Source of the DNA: Felis catus
Lineage: Eukaryota
Length of the DNA: 64,000 bases
Assembly: GCF_018350175.1 (NCBI RefSeq)
Contig: NC_058368.1
Location: 94,056,001 to 94,120,000, forward strand
Reading direction: 5' to 3'
How positions within the stretch are numbered: the stretch's first letter is position 1; every line of letters begins with the position of its first letter. The position numbers and the translations under genes are program-made. Positions 13,564 through 24,200 of this stretch are shown piece after piece. Below the pieces are notes generated by a model that did not search any database, had not been told where the DNA came from, and saw nothing but the letters and a program-made list of their open reading frames with translations.

Positions 13564-13783
13564 TTTTTTTTTTTTTTTAAGTTAAAAAAAATGTTTATTT
13601 ACTTATTTTGAGAGAGAGCACAAGCAGGGGAGGGGCAAGGCGGGGGGTGGAAGGAGAGAATCCTAAGCAGGCTTCACACTCAGCACACAGCCTGATGCAG
13701 GGCTAGATCCCATGACCCTGGGATCATGACCCGAGCCTAAATCAAGAGCCGGACACTTAACCAACTGAGCCACCCAGGCACCT
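13564..13783 (-). mobile_element. SINEC_Fc-type SINE
   Basis: Reverse consensus. Confidence 0.9.
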
Positions 13784-14183
13784 CAGAATTTTTTAAGGTG
13801 GAGTAATATTCCATTGTACTCAAGAACTTGGGTTTTTAAAGACACCTTGGAGACACTGTACCTTAAGGGACTTTCTTAAGTTCAAGAAGTTTACCTTACG
13901 GTGTAGGTCACGGGCATTGGGTTTTCTGTGTCTTACAGCTGAAACAATTCTAATTGGCCTATAAGGTACAATTCAGGTTCTTCTGTGAAGCTCCAGGGTG
14001 GGCAATGAGGCCCAGAGAGTCCTTAAACGGAAGCCCTCCAGCATGTGGCAAAATGTTACGGAATTTTTGCATGCGCCTGCATGTGCGTACATCTAACCTA
14101 TATTTACATACACACACGCACGAATGTACAACTAAGGGCACATCTTTCATTCTTTTCATTCTCCCTTTAGCTATTTCGATGAC

Positions 14184-14367
14184 TTTTTTTTTTTTTAAGT
14201 TTATTTTGAGAGTGTGCGCTCCCATGCCAGTGGGGGAGGGGCAGAGATAGAGGGAGAGACTCCCAAGCAAGCTGTGTGCACGGGGCTTGATCCCACAACT
14301 TCGAGATCATGACCTGAGTCAAAATCAAGAGTTGGGTGCCTAACTGACTGAGCCAGCCAGGTGCCCA
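14184..14367 (-). mobile_element. SINEC_Fc-type SINE
   Basis: Reverse consensus. Confidence 0.88.
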
Positions 14368-14581
14368 GTAATTCTTTTTACAGCTGTTAATTTCAACAGT
14401 TATTCAGTACTTAACATTCTCCTTCACCATAAAAAATATATGTAACTCCAAACTGAATGAGACATGGTACCTGGTGCTCTGAGGAGGAGCACAGATTGAT
14501 GGCTCTCTTCAAAACACTTTTCCACAATCCTCCCTGGAGTTGGAAATAATCAAGTGTAGTCATGGGTAAAAAATAAAAGCA

Positions 14582-14587
14582 TTTATT
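14582..14587 (-). terminator. TICAM2: Candidate TICAM2 polyadenylation signal AATAAA (3' UTR ~1.9 kb)
   Basis: Plus-strand tttatt outside a repeat, ~1.9 kb past the stop codon; use not proven. Confidence 0.4.
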
Positions 14588-14707
14588 TAAAAAACGCCAT
14601 CCAGCATCAGGAGCTCCAACTTTGGTAATAAGCATGAAGGGTGGGTGGTTAATGGTTTTTTTAGTGGATGAAATTGGTGATACACGAGGCTGCATGGTTA
14701 AAAATCC

Positions 14708-14712
14708 ATATA

Positions 14713-14748
<36 letters not shown>
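14708..14748. repeat. (TA)n microsatellite
   Basis: Direct reading; one interruption. Confidence 0.95.
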
Positions 14749-15536
14749 ATTAAACTGAAAAAGTGAGTAAGCAAGCTACTATGAAAGAAAGGGGCCTCAA
14801 GTAAAGAAAACAGCACCGTGCAATGAAGACAATCTCTTCCTCAATAAGTACTAGCAAAGCAGGTTTGACTTCCTTGCAGAATTATGGGAAAAGCTCCTCA
14901 TGGAACATTCAGTCATGGCTACGAAGAGGTGGAAACAGAAAGATGTGGGCAGACCCCTTGTACTCATAAGAGATACAGGGAAGTGAGGATAAGGAGAAAG
15001 AAAAATCGAGCAGAATGTCTTTGCTCAACGGTCCCCATAAAAAATGTATTTTAAAAGAATCTGAGCAAGCGTGGATTGTCATTCTTTGGCGACCATAAAA
15101 GTGTTAACAGATAGCATTAGAAATCAATTATGCTGTCAACACATCAGAATAGCCTTTCACTGTAAGTGTATCTAAAGCCTCCTGCAAATTATTGCACATC
15201 GCATTACAAAATTGTGTTGTTGGTTTTTTGTTTTTTGGGTTTTTTTGCTTGTTCGCTTTTCTGGTTCCTAGTTGTTCACATTCTGGGAGAGGACAAAGGC
15301 CTTTAGAGAGCCATCAATTCAACGCTTTCATTTCACAGATAAAGGAGGGTAAGGTCACATTCGGCCTCAGTGGCAGAGACTGGACTAGAATCAGGTGGGG
15401 TGCCTTCCCCGTTACGACATGACGTGATTCGCACTCCACCCTGTCCCCAGTCTGTACCCGATGGCTCTTGTTCAGATGGCTACTCTGAACACCCAGCTGA
15501 GAAATATTTCCTGCGTAGAGCACTGTGATAGGAATT

Positions 15537-15739
15537 TCTTTTTTAATTATTTTTCATGTTTATTTATTTTTGAGAGAGAGACAGCACGAGCAGGGGAAGG
15601 GCAGAGAGAGAGAGACAGACAGACAGCGTATCCGAAGTAGGCTCTGTGCTGTCAGCACACGGGGCTCAACCCACAAACCATGAGATCATGACCTGAGCCG
15701 AAGTCGGACGTTCAACCGACTGAGCCACCCAGGCTCCCC
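15537..15739 (-). mobile_element. SINEC_Fc-type SINE in the presumptive TICAM2 3' UTR (sense to the gene)
   Basis: Reverse consensus; flanking duplication aggaattt. Confidence 0.9.
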
Positions 15740-16486
15740 AACAGGAATTTTTAAAGGCTGCCTTAAGAGAGATTAAGGAGAACATCTGGCAGAAGACACT
15801 CCAGGGGACATGGAGACACGGCTCCCTGGAGTCCCCAACCAGGATGCCATCGAATGGCGTTACTAGTCAGTGGTAGGCACTGTGTCCAAATCCACAAATT
15901 CCAGCAGAAAGAAAAAATACATTCGATTGGATTCTTTTAAAAAGCCCCACCGTTCTCATATCTGCTTTTAATTTCCTATTTATCACCACTCAACATTCTA
16001 AATGTTCTCGAGGGGCTCTCTATCCTTCTGGGTGGCGATACCAGTAAGGCTGGGCTGCAACATTTCTGAGACGTGCCTCAAGAGTGAGGGTGCTCACATC
16101 TCCCGGGGACGTCTTCTTCTGCGTGTCCTTGGAGAACAAAATGCAGGCGTTACCATATTTTTACAGTGTCTACCCTGTAAGTTTGGGTTCAAGGGTTGCT
16201 GCAAGGAATGTGAATTAAGGATAATCCTCTGTGATGTTCATGAACTAGGAGAACCTCGACGGGAATGTTCTTAAAACTGATGATCTCTGGTTTATCAAAA
16301 CAACATCGCAAAGGACCTCAAGTCTGCGCAGGGTCCCGCAGAAACTTGGCTTTCTTGGTGCTCCTAGGTTTCTGGAAGAGCCAGGTTCTCTTTTATTTAC
16401 GTTCTTGCCAGGAATGTGCTTTCTCAAGGGAAGGCGAATCATTTGCTCTAGAAAACAAGAGCCAGCCGTGGGTGGGGAGCTCCATC

Positions 16487-17191
16487 TCAGGCGATCGATT
16501 GCCTCTGCAGGGTAGTTCTGGTCTCTTTCCATATAGATTGTTGTATCTTATACACAGACTCCTGGAAAATCCTTTCCACTTGTGTAGGAAAGCCACGGCT
16601 TTCTTCCTCTAGGGCATTGATGGTTCGCAGAGCAAAGGGAGTCCTTTCTCGGGGCAGGGGATTATTCAGGGGCCGCAGGGGTATGACGGAGTTGTACTTG
16701 TGCTGCCTGTTCACGGAGTTCATGAGGGACGTGTAGAACTGGAATTTACACCAGGTGTCTCTTAAAAAGTTTTCGGTCAACAGTAAGATGGTCCAGGCAG
16801 ACCCATTTACGGCGTCGTCTAGGTTCTGCAGGTGCTGTCTGCCGCACGGCATCTCGGCGAAGATTATTCCGGGTTTGATGCCAAAGTCATTTTGTAGCAG
16901 ATTCTGGACTCTGAGGGCCTCATCTGTGTCATCTTCTGCGTGCAGTATCACAAACTTGAGGAACACCTCCTCTTCATCCTCTTCGGGCACCTCTTCTGTG
17001 GCCTCAGTGCCCTCCTGCTCTCCAGAGGGTGTCAGGGCACCGTGGCTATGCTCGGCAATGTCACGCAGGGAGATGTCGTCGGATTTCTTGGAATCTGCCT
17101 CATGAGGTCTCTGACTCATATCCACACTGGGACTTTTACCCCAGGGCAGAGAGAGAGGGCAGGGGTCTATTTTAGACTTCCCGACACCCAT
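16487..17191 (-). CDS. TICAM2: TICAM2 / TRAM, TIR-domain adaptor for TLR4-TRIF signalling (234 aa, single coding exon)
   Basis: MGVGKSKI myristoylation-type start in strong Kozak context (ATAATGG); acidic linker; TIR domain [20 protein letters not shown]...[10 protein letters not shown] (TRAM-type BB-loop Pro-Cys), [20 protein letters not shown] at 16489-16487. Confidence 0.96.
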   Translation of the reverse strand: MGVGKSKIDPCPLSLPWGKSPSVDMSQRPHEADSKKSDDISLRDIAEHSHGALTPSGEQEGTEATEEVPEEDEEEVFLKFVILHAEDDTDEALRVQNLLQNDFGIKPGIIFAEMPCGRQHLQNLDDAVNGSAWTILLLTENFLRDTWCKFQFYTSLMNSVNRQHKYNSVIPLRPLNNPLPRERTPFALRTINALEEESRGFPTQVERIFQESVYKIQQSIWKETRTTLQRQSIA

Positions 17192-20100
17192 TATCAACAT
17201 CCAGGTCAGGAGAGGAGGGCTTCACTTCTTCCTCAACATCTCTTTTCATCTAAAGAGAGAAGAAACAACAAAGCAGATGAAAGGTTGTAAAGGTGATCAA
17301 AACACAAAAAATGGAAACTATGTTCTTCATTCTACCAGAAAACCTGAAAAAGACCACAACACGTGGACCCTGAGAAAGAAATGCCAAACAGCTCTTGGGG
17401 CAAGGAGACCCCCTGTCTTTGATGAGCGTCACGAGGGCCGCCACAGGTTAAGCCAAGGGCAAGTTCAATAGTCAGTTTATGTAACAGGAGACATTTGGAA
17501 ATCTTAAACGGTTTTACGTTCGCACTGTAAACCTCCAGAATAAAGTCAATGGCTTTGGTGTTTTACTGAGATGGTACCATACCACTCTACCCATATGGAG
17601 TTTAAATCCAACTTCTTCATTATCCACTTACTGTGTAAACTAGAAACAGAGAAGTGGAAAGCAACAGAATACTCAAATATTAAATATAAAGCTTATTTTT
17701 GCATCAAATACAAATACAAAACAGAACACAAATTTCCCAAAGATCACTAGCCAGCAGCTCTAACTCGGCACAAAGAGAAGATCTGAAACGTCAAATGAAG
17801 TGATGGCTAAGGTTCACCGGCTGGGAACTTTTCTGTCTGGGGTCAGGCATTGGTGTTGGGGCCGGCGGGGAAATTGCAGTAAGGTTGTGAAAAGTAAGGA
17901 ATACCTTTTTCTAGCTAATCCTGGGAATACTTTGAAAACTCAGTGTTCATCTAGGGAAAAATTAACATCTCAGTTTGGCGTGGGATATGGAAACAAAGCC
18001 TAGTGATTTTCTCCAGTGAAATCAACAAAGAATCATTACAGTCTCATCCTCATTCTGTTGTTTTAAAAATTCTAAATTCAGAGTGGAAGAATTAGATCAG
18101 CTGTGAAAAGAAAAGTACTTCACGTGAGTCTAGTTTAAACAAATCTTCCGATAACATTGGCAATGTGGTGAACAGGACTCCCAAACAGGCAGTTTCAAGG
18201 ATTCTTTTATCAAAAGATAGAAAATTTACAACAGATAAATAGAGGTTCCATATTTTCAAATAGGGGCCCAGAGGCTCTATTACAGAGGTTTTTTTAATAT
18301 ATATTTTTAGGGGTGCCTGGGTGGCTCAGTCAGTGAAGCGTCCAACTTCGGCTCAGGTCATGATCTCACAGTCCGTGAGTTCGAGCCCCGCGTCAGGCTC
18401 TGTGCTGGCTGCTCAGAGCCTGGAGCCTGTTTCAGATTCTGTGTCTCCCTCTCTCTCTGCCCCTCCCCTGTTCATGCTCTGTCTCTCTCTGTCTCAAAAA
18501 TAAATAAACGTTAAAAAAAAATAATACATATTTTTAAGTGTATTTATTTTGAGAGAGAGAGACCAACCCAAGCAGGCTCTGTACTGTCAGCACAGAGCCT
18601 GACGTGGGGCTTGATCTCAGCAACCATGAGATCGTGACCTGAGACGAAATCAAGAGTCGGCCGCTTAACCGAGTGAGCCACCCAGGTGCCCCTCTATTCC
18701 AAAGCTTTTCAATGTATTGTTCATGAACAAAGACCAGAGTTCAAATCAAGAAAGCAATTACGTTTATAATAATAATGACATAAATAACATATACCAAGAT
18801 AATTTAGGTTTAGAAAAAAAAACATTCAGCAAAAATGGTGGAAAACTGTTCTGGGAAGAAAAGATAAGGGAAAACAGAAAAATTTTTCATGTACTTAAAG
18901 AGAGAAAGGGTTTGCTACTGTCTCTGAATAGTGAGGGAATTGAGGGAATTGCGAGCTACAGCTTCTCCTTTATTTTGTCTACCCTTTAGCTTCTACTCGG
19001 CAGTATGTTATGGCAGCTACCAAGAGGTACTCCACGGCATAACTCCAAAACGCTACACGCATCCATCCCAAATAGCAAAACCACATGAATTGGGAATCTC
19101 TTCGCTGGTTAGAATTAACTGCTGACTTTGTTGTTGTGTAATGAAAAACAAAAGGTGTTTCCCTGCAAAGTTGCAGCAAAAAGCTTCTCCTGTATAAAAA
19201 AAAAAATTGTTGAGTGATGTACATAATTGTTGAATTGCTATATTGAGTATATATATCATCAATACAGTCTGAAACTGACTGAAACTGACACAAGACTGTA
19301 GGTTAACTACACTGCAATTTCATTCAGAGAGAGATCAAGCTCTCGGGAGGGGCAGAGGGAGAGGGAGAGAGAGAATCCCAAGGAGGGTCTGCACTGTCAG
19401 CACACAGCCAGACACGGGGCTTGAACTCAAGAACTGTGAGATCACGACCTGACCGAAACCAAGAGTCAGATGCTTAACTGCCACCCAGGTGCCCCATTAC
19501 ACTACAATTTCAAAAAACTGTTAACCATTTAGAAGAATCTACTTATGGTGTCAAAGTGAGCTTCACTTATGTTCACTGAGATAAGTTTGTGAAACCAACT
19601 TAACACCGTTATCTTAATCACTAGTGGCTGCAGAGAAGTGCACTTGGAGGAACAGAAGAGATATTCATAAAATGCTTCTAAAATAACTAGGGTAAAATGG
19701 TATGCCAAGCCAGAGTCAAAAAAATCTCTTGGCATAAACAAAAGTAAGTAACACAAGAACTGTGACTTTGTATCTTAGTTTTCTTAAACATCGGTCAGCA
19801 GAAAAGAGGAAAGCCTCCAGAAATCTATGATGGCGCTGTTTCAACATCCAAGCCCTCCTACCCAGCCCCACCCTAAGCAGCCCAGAGAGAAGAAAGCGAG
19901 GGACACTGTCTGGAAAACTTCACTGGGACCTTCTAATCTGGAGGGTGGGTGTAAGGAGAAAGCCCAGGAGGAGAGATGGGAGATCTACCTTTCCTACCAC
20001 CCAGTGATTCCTAGACAGGCAAATGGTCTCCATCCAGGACTGTGGTTCTCAAGGAAGAAGGATGGAACACGACTGTGCTCTTGCCAAGCCAACAAACTCC

Positions 20101-21219
20101 ACCTATAAGAGGGCCTTCCCACAACACAAGGCAGGTGTGGGGTAAAGAACCCGGGGAAGCCTTTGTAGGTCCCCTTCCCATCGGCTACAGACAGATACAG
20201 GGTGAAAACATTTTCCTCCCCTCAGTGAAACGGAAGGCGAATGAAGGCAGCCGTGGGGGAGAAGCACACGAAATCACCGGTCACAGGAATAAAAATGCCC
20301 GTGTGTACATTTTTTTCACTTGTGCTTTTTTAAAGAAAAGGTAGTAGCTGAAATACATGACGACTCTGAGGACGTTTTTATAGTGAAAAGTCTCACTTTC
20401 ATCCTTATCTTCCCCATCCATCCTGTTCCCCCCATGGCCTCCTACTGGTGACCACTTTTATTAGTTTCTCCGGTACCCTTCCATTGTTTCTTTGTTGTTA
20501 TTGTTGTTGTTGTTGTTGTTTTTTACTTTTTAAAATTTACACCCAAGTTAGTTAGCATATACTGCAACAATGATTTCAGGAGTAGATTCCTTTGTACCCC
20601 TTACCCAGTTAGCCCACCCCCCCCCCACAACCCTTCCAGTAACCCTCAGTTTGTTCTTCATATTTATGAGTCTCTTCTGTTTTGTCCCCCTCCCTGTTTT
20701 TAGATTATTTTTGTTTCCCTTCCCTTTATGTTCATCTGTTTTGTCTCTTAAAGTCCTCATCTGAGTGAAGTCATATGATTTTTGTCTTTCTCTGACTAAT
20801 TTCACTTAGCATCATACCCTCCAGTTCCAGTCACGTAGTTGCAAATGGCAAGATCTCCTTCTTTTTGATTGCCAAGTAATACTCCATTGCATGTATATAC
20901 CACATCTTCTTTATCCATTCATCCATCGATGAACATTTGGGCTCTTTCCATACTTTGGCTATTGTGGATAGTGCTGCTCTAAACATGGGGGTGCACGTGT
21001 CCCTTCGAAACAGCATACCTGTATCCCTTGGATAAATACCTACTAGTGCAATTGCTGGGTCGTAGAGTAGTTCTATTTTTAGTTTTTTGAGGAACCTCCA
21101 TCCTGTTTTCCAGAGTGGCTGCACCAGTTTGCATTCCCACATTATTTCTCTATGAATATATATCCTTTTTTTCTTTCCTTTTCACAAAAAAGTGTCATCA
21201 CTTATGCATATGTATGTAT

Positions 21220-21256
<37 letters not shown>

Positions 21257-24200
21257 AAAAACAGCAGCAGAGACACGTAGCACATAATTTCTCACTCTTG
21301 TTTACAACAAAATTTTTGACCACATGTATATACCATAATCGTTCTCTGTTCTTGGATATGCGAGTTGTTTCCAGTTGGCTCCTATTATGGACAATGCTGC
21401 AGAGAACAGCTCTGAATAAAAGTCATTTCATAATGTGTGCAAGTTCATCTGCAGAATCATTTCCCCAAATGGGATTTCTCTGTCAAAGGACAAATGCATT
21501 TGTAATAAGAATAAGTTTGGCCGAATTACTCTAAGATGGAAACTTCTGTGTGTCTGCTTTTAACCTGATAGAATAACATCCCTACCCCCACCCCTAGTCC
21601 CATGAAAGATCCAAGATCAAAGCTACAGTTACCATTGACAACAGCCCAACTGGGCTCATTACATCCCCTCAGGGCAACAATTACGTGGAAAAACTCAACC
21701 CTTCAGAATGGAAGGGAAGCTGAGGTTCTGAAGGGGAGATCAGGGGGTCCTAGATAAGAAGGAAGGAGGGTCCAGAGTATACCCACCTCGTACCCAGCAA
21801 AAGAGGGTCCCAAAAGGATCCTCCACATTAAACAGGAGTACAGTGAAAAGGGCAAAATGACGAATATGCTTTCTTGGCAAGTAGGCATACAGATCTACAG
21901 AAAGTGAAAAAGAATATAAAGACAGCAGGCAAAAGACAGAAAATTCCAGGGCGCCTGGGTGGCTCGGTCGGTTAAGCCTCTGACTTCAGCTCAGGTCATG
22001 ACCTCACAGTCCGTGAGTTCGAGCCCCACATCGGGCTCTGTGCTGACAGCTCAGAGCCTGGAGCCTGCTTCGGATTCTGTGACTCCTTTTCTCTCTGCCC
22101 TTCCGCCTCTCACGCTCTGTCTCTCTCTCAAAAATAAATAAACATTAAAAGGCAAAAAATTCCATTTTCATGAAGACGAGGTGCTCTGGATGGGCGCCTA
22201 GGTGGCTCAGTTGGTTAAGCATCCAATTTTGGCTCAAGTCATGATCGCATGGTTCATGGGTTCAAGCCCTGCATCAGGCTCTGCACTGACAGTGTGGAGC
22301 CTGCTTGAGATTCTCTCTCTCTCCCTCCCTCTCTCTCTGCCCCTCCCCCCTCCTGTCTCTCTCTCAAAATAAATAAACTAAAAAAAAAAAAAAAGACTAT
22401 GTGCTCTTGAATCTGCCTAAATGTAAATCCCAACACCCTGCTATAAAAAAAGCCATGTGACTTTAGTACAAGTTACTTGATAACTCTGTGCTTTAATTTC
22501 ATCATGTGCAGAGTGGTGATAATCACAGAACCCACCTTTTGGGTTTCTATGAAGATCACAATGGCTGAGCACAGCACTCCTTACGTGTTAGTGGCCATTA
22601 TGGTTATGACATACATAACAAAGAAGCTGAAGGAACATTTCATTTACACAACCAGTGCTTACGCTCTGGGGCAGGGCTACTCCAAGAGCAGTCCATGGAC
22701 AAGCTGGCCGTCTCTGAAATGTCTGGTGCCAGTCCACCTCAAGATGGGGACACCGTGCCAGGATGTAAATCAACCACATCAGGTAGGTATGCTTTTCGGT
22801 TCAGCTAACATTTTTTCATAGCAAGACATTTTCAATGCAGAGAGCCACACGGTTTACCTTCAGTGCCTGCTTCTTCTATTACCAGACCAGCGTTCTGAAT
22901 AGTGCTGCCTCAGGAGATGCTAAAGAGAAGGGTAACCAATGAAACAAAAGTATCAAAGCTGAGAGAACAGAATTCCCTGAAAAGAGAGACTGCAGACAAA
23001 TCAAGGGTCTGACACCATTACAAAAAAACAGAAAAAAGGCGGCAAATGGAATAAACAGGATCAAAACCAAATCAGTTAAACGTGGTGGAAAGGTGTGAAG
23101 AAAAAAAAATCCAAGAATGCAGAATGGAAAAAAGACCATTGACAGTAAAGCAATAGGAAAAAAGATATAGCTATGGAGATTTGAAAAAGAAAAAAAAAAA
23201 AAGCAAATGGAATGAAAACCAATGCATCTGAAATAGAAAATTCGATGAATGTCAACACAAAATTCAAAGATGTAACAGATTCACCAGCCTCAATCAAACG
23301 CTCAGCCTTACTGAGCCCAATCAGACATTATGTGCCTTCCAGTGTAATTCCATATGATGTACACAGCATAATGCATGAAGCAGTCTTGCCAAAAACGTTT
23401 AGCCCGACTCTAGCCAAGTCTTTGGATATAATTACCAGTTTACAGAAATAAGGAGGATGTGAAAAATGTCCACCAAGAGGGGAATGGAGAAAAAATTGTT
23501 TCATGCCCATTATCACAGAATACCAGTCAGCAACATGTAGGGAAGAACTACTGATAAACGCACGGATGTGGATGAATCCCAGACTAATTATGTTGTATGA
23601 AGGAAGCCAGACCAAACACAAGTACAGATTTTTATTCCATTTATATCAAAATCGAGAGAATTCAAATTGATCTATAGAGACAGAGAACATTCCTTTCTGA
23701 CCTGCTTAGGGGAGAGGGAGCTTTGACACTTCTCTTCCCTATAGTATTTAGTCCTTGTCCCACATGGCATTCTTGAGAAATGCTTTGCCCTCTGTTTTCA
23801 AAAATCCACAGTACTTATACAGCTCTGTTCTAGATAGTTATGAGTTACAAGTCAGGCTGCCCTCTCACTAGACTTGGGTCCATCCTCTCACGACCGTGGA
23901 GTAAGGATTTATAATTTGAGGATACGCTGAGGCAGAATCTAAACAATACAAACAGGGGCGCCTGGGTGGCTCAGTCGGTTGAGCCTCCGACTTCGGCTCA
24001 GGTCATGATCTCACAGTCTGTGAGTTCGAGCCCCGCGTCAGGCTCTGTGCTGACAGCTCGGAGCCTGGAGCCTGCTTCCGATTCTGTGTCTCCCTCTCTC
24101 TCTGTCCCTCCACCTCATGCGTGTGTGCTCTCTTTCTCAAAATAAATAAATAAATATTTTAAAAATAATAATAAATAAATAAAGACATCGGTGAGGGAAG

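Noticed and set aside
16755..17290. Two 116-aa plus-strand ORFs overlapping TICAM2
   Set aside because: Antisense shadows of a real CDS; no independent evidence
22880..23300. A-rich stretch with Lys/Glu-rich coding look, possible processed pseudogene
   Set aside because: No sustained frame; more consistent with a decayed L1 ORF1-like remnant; parent not recognised
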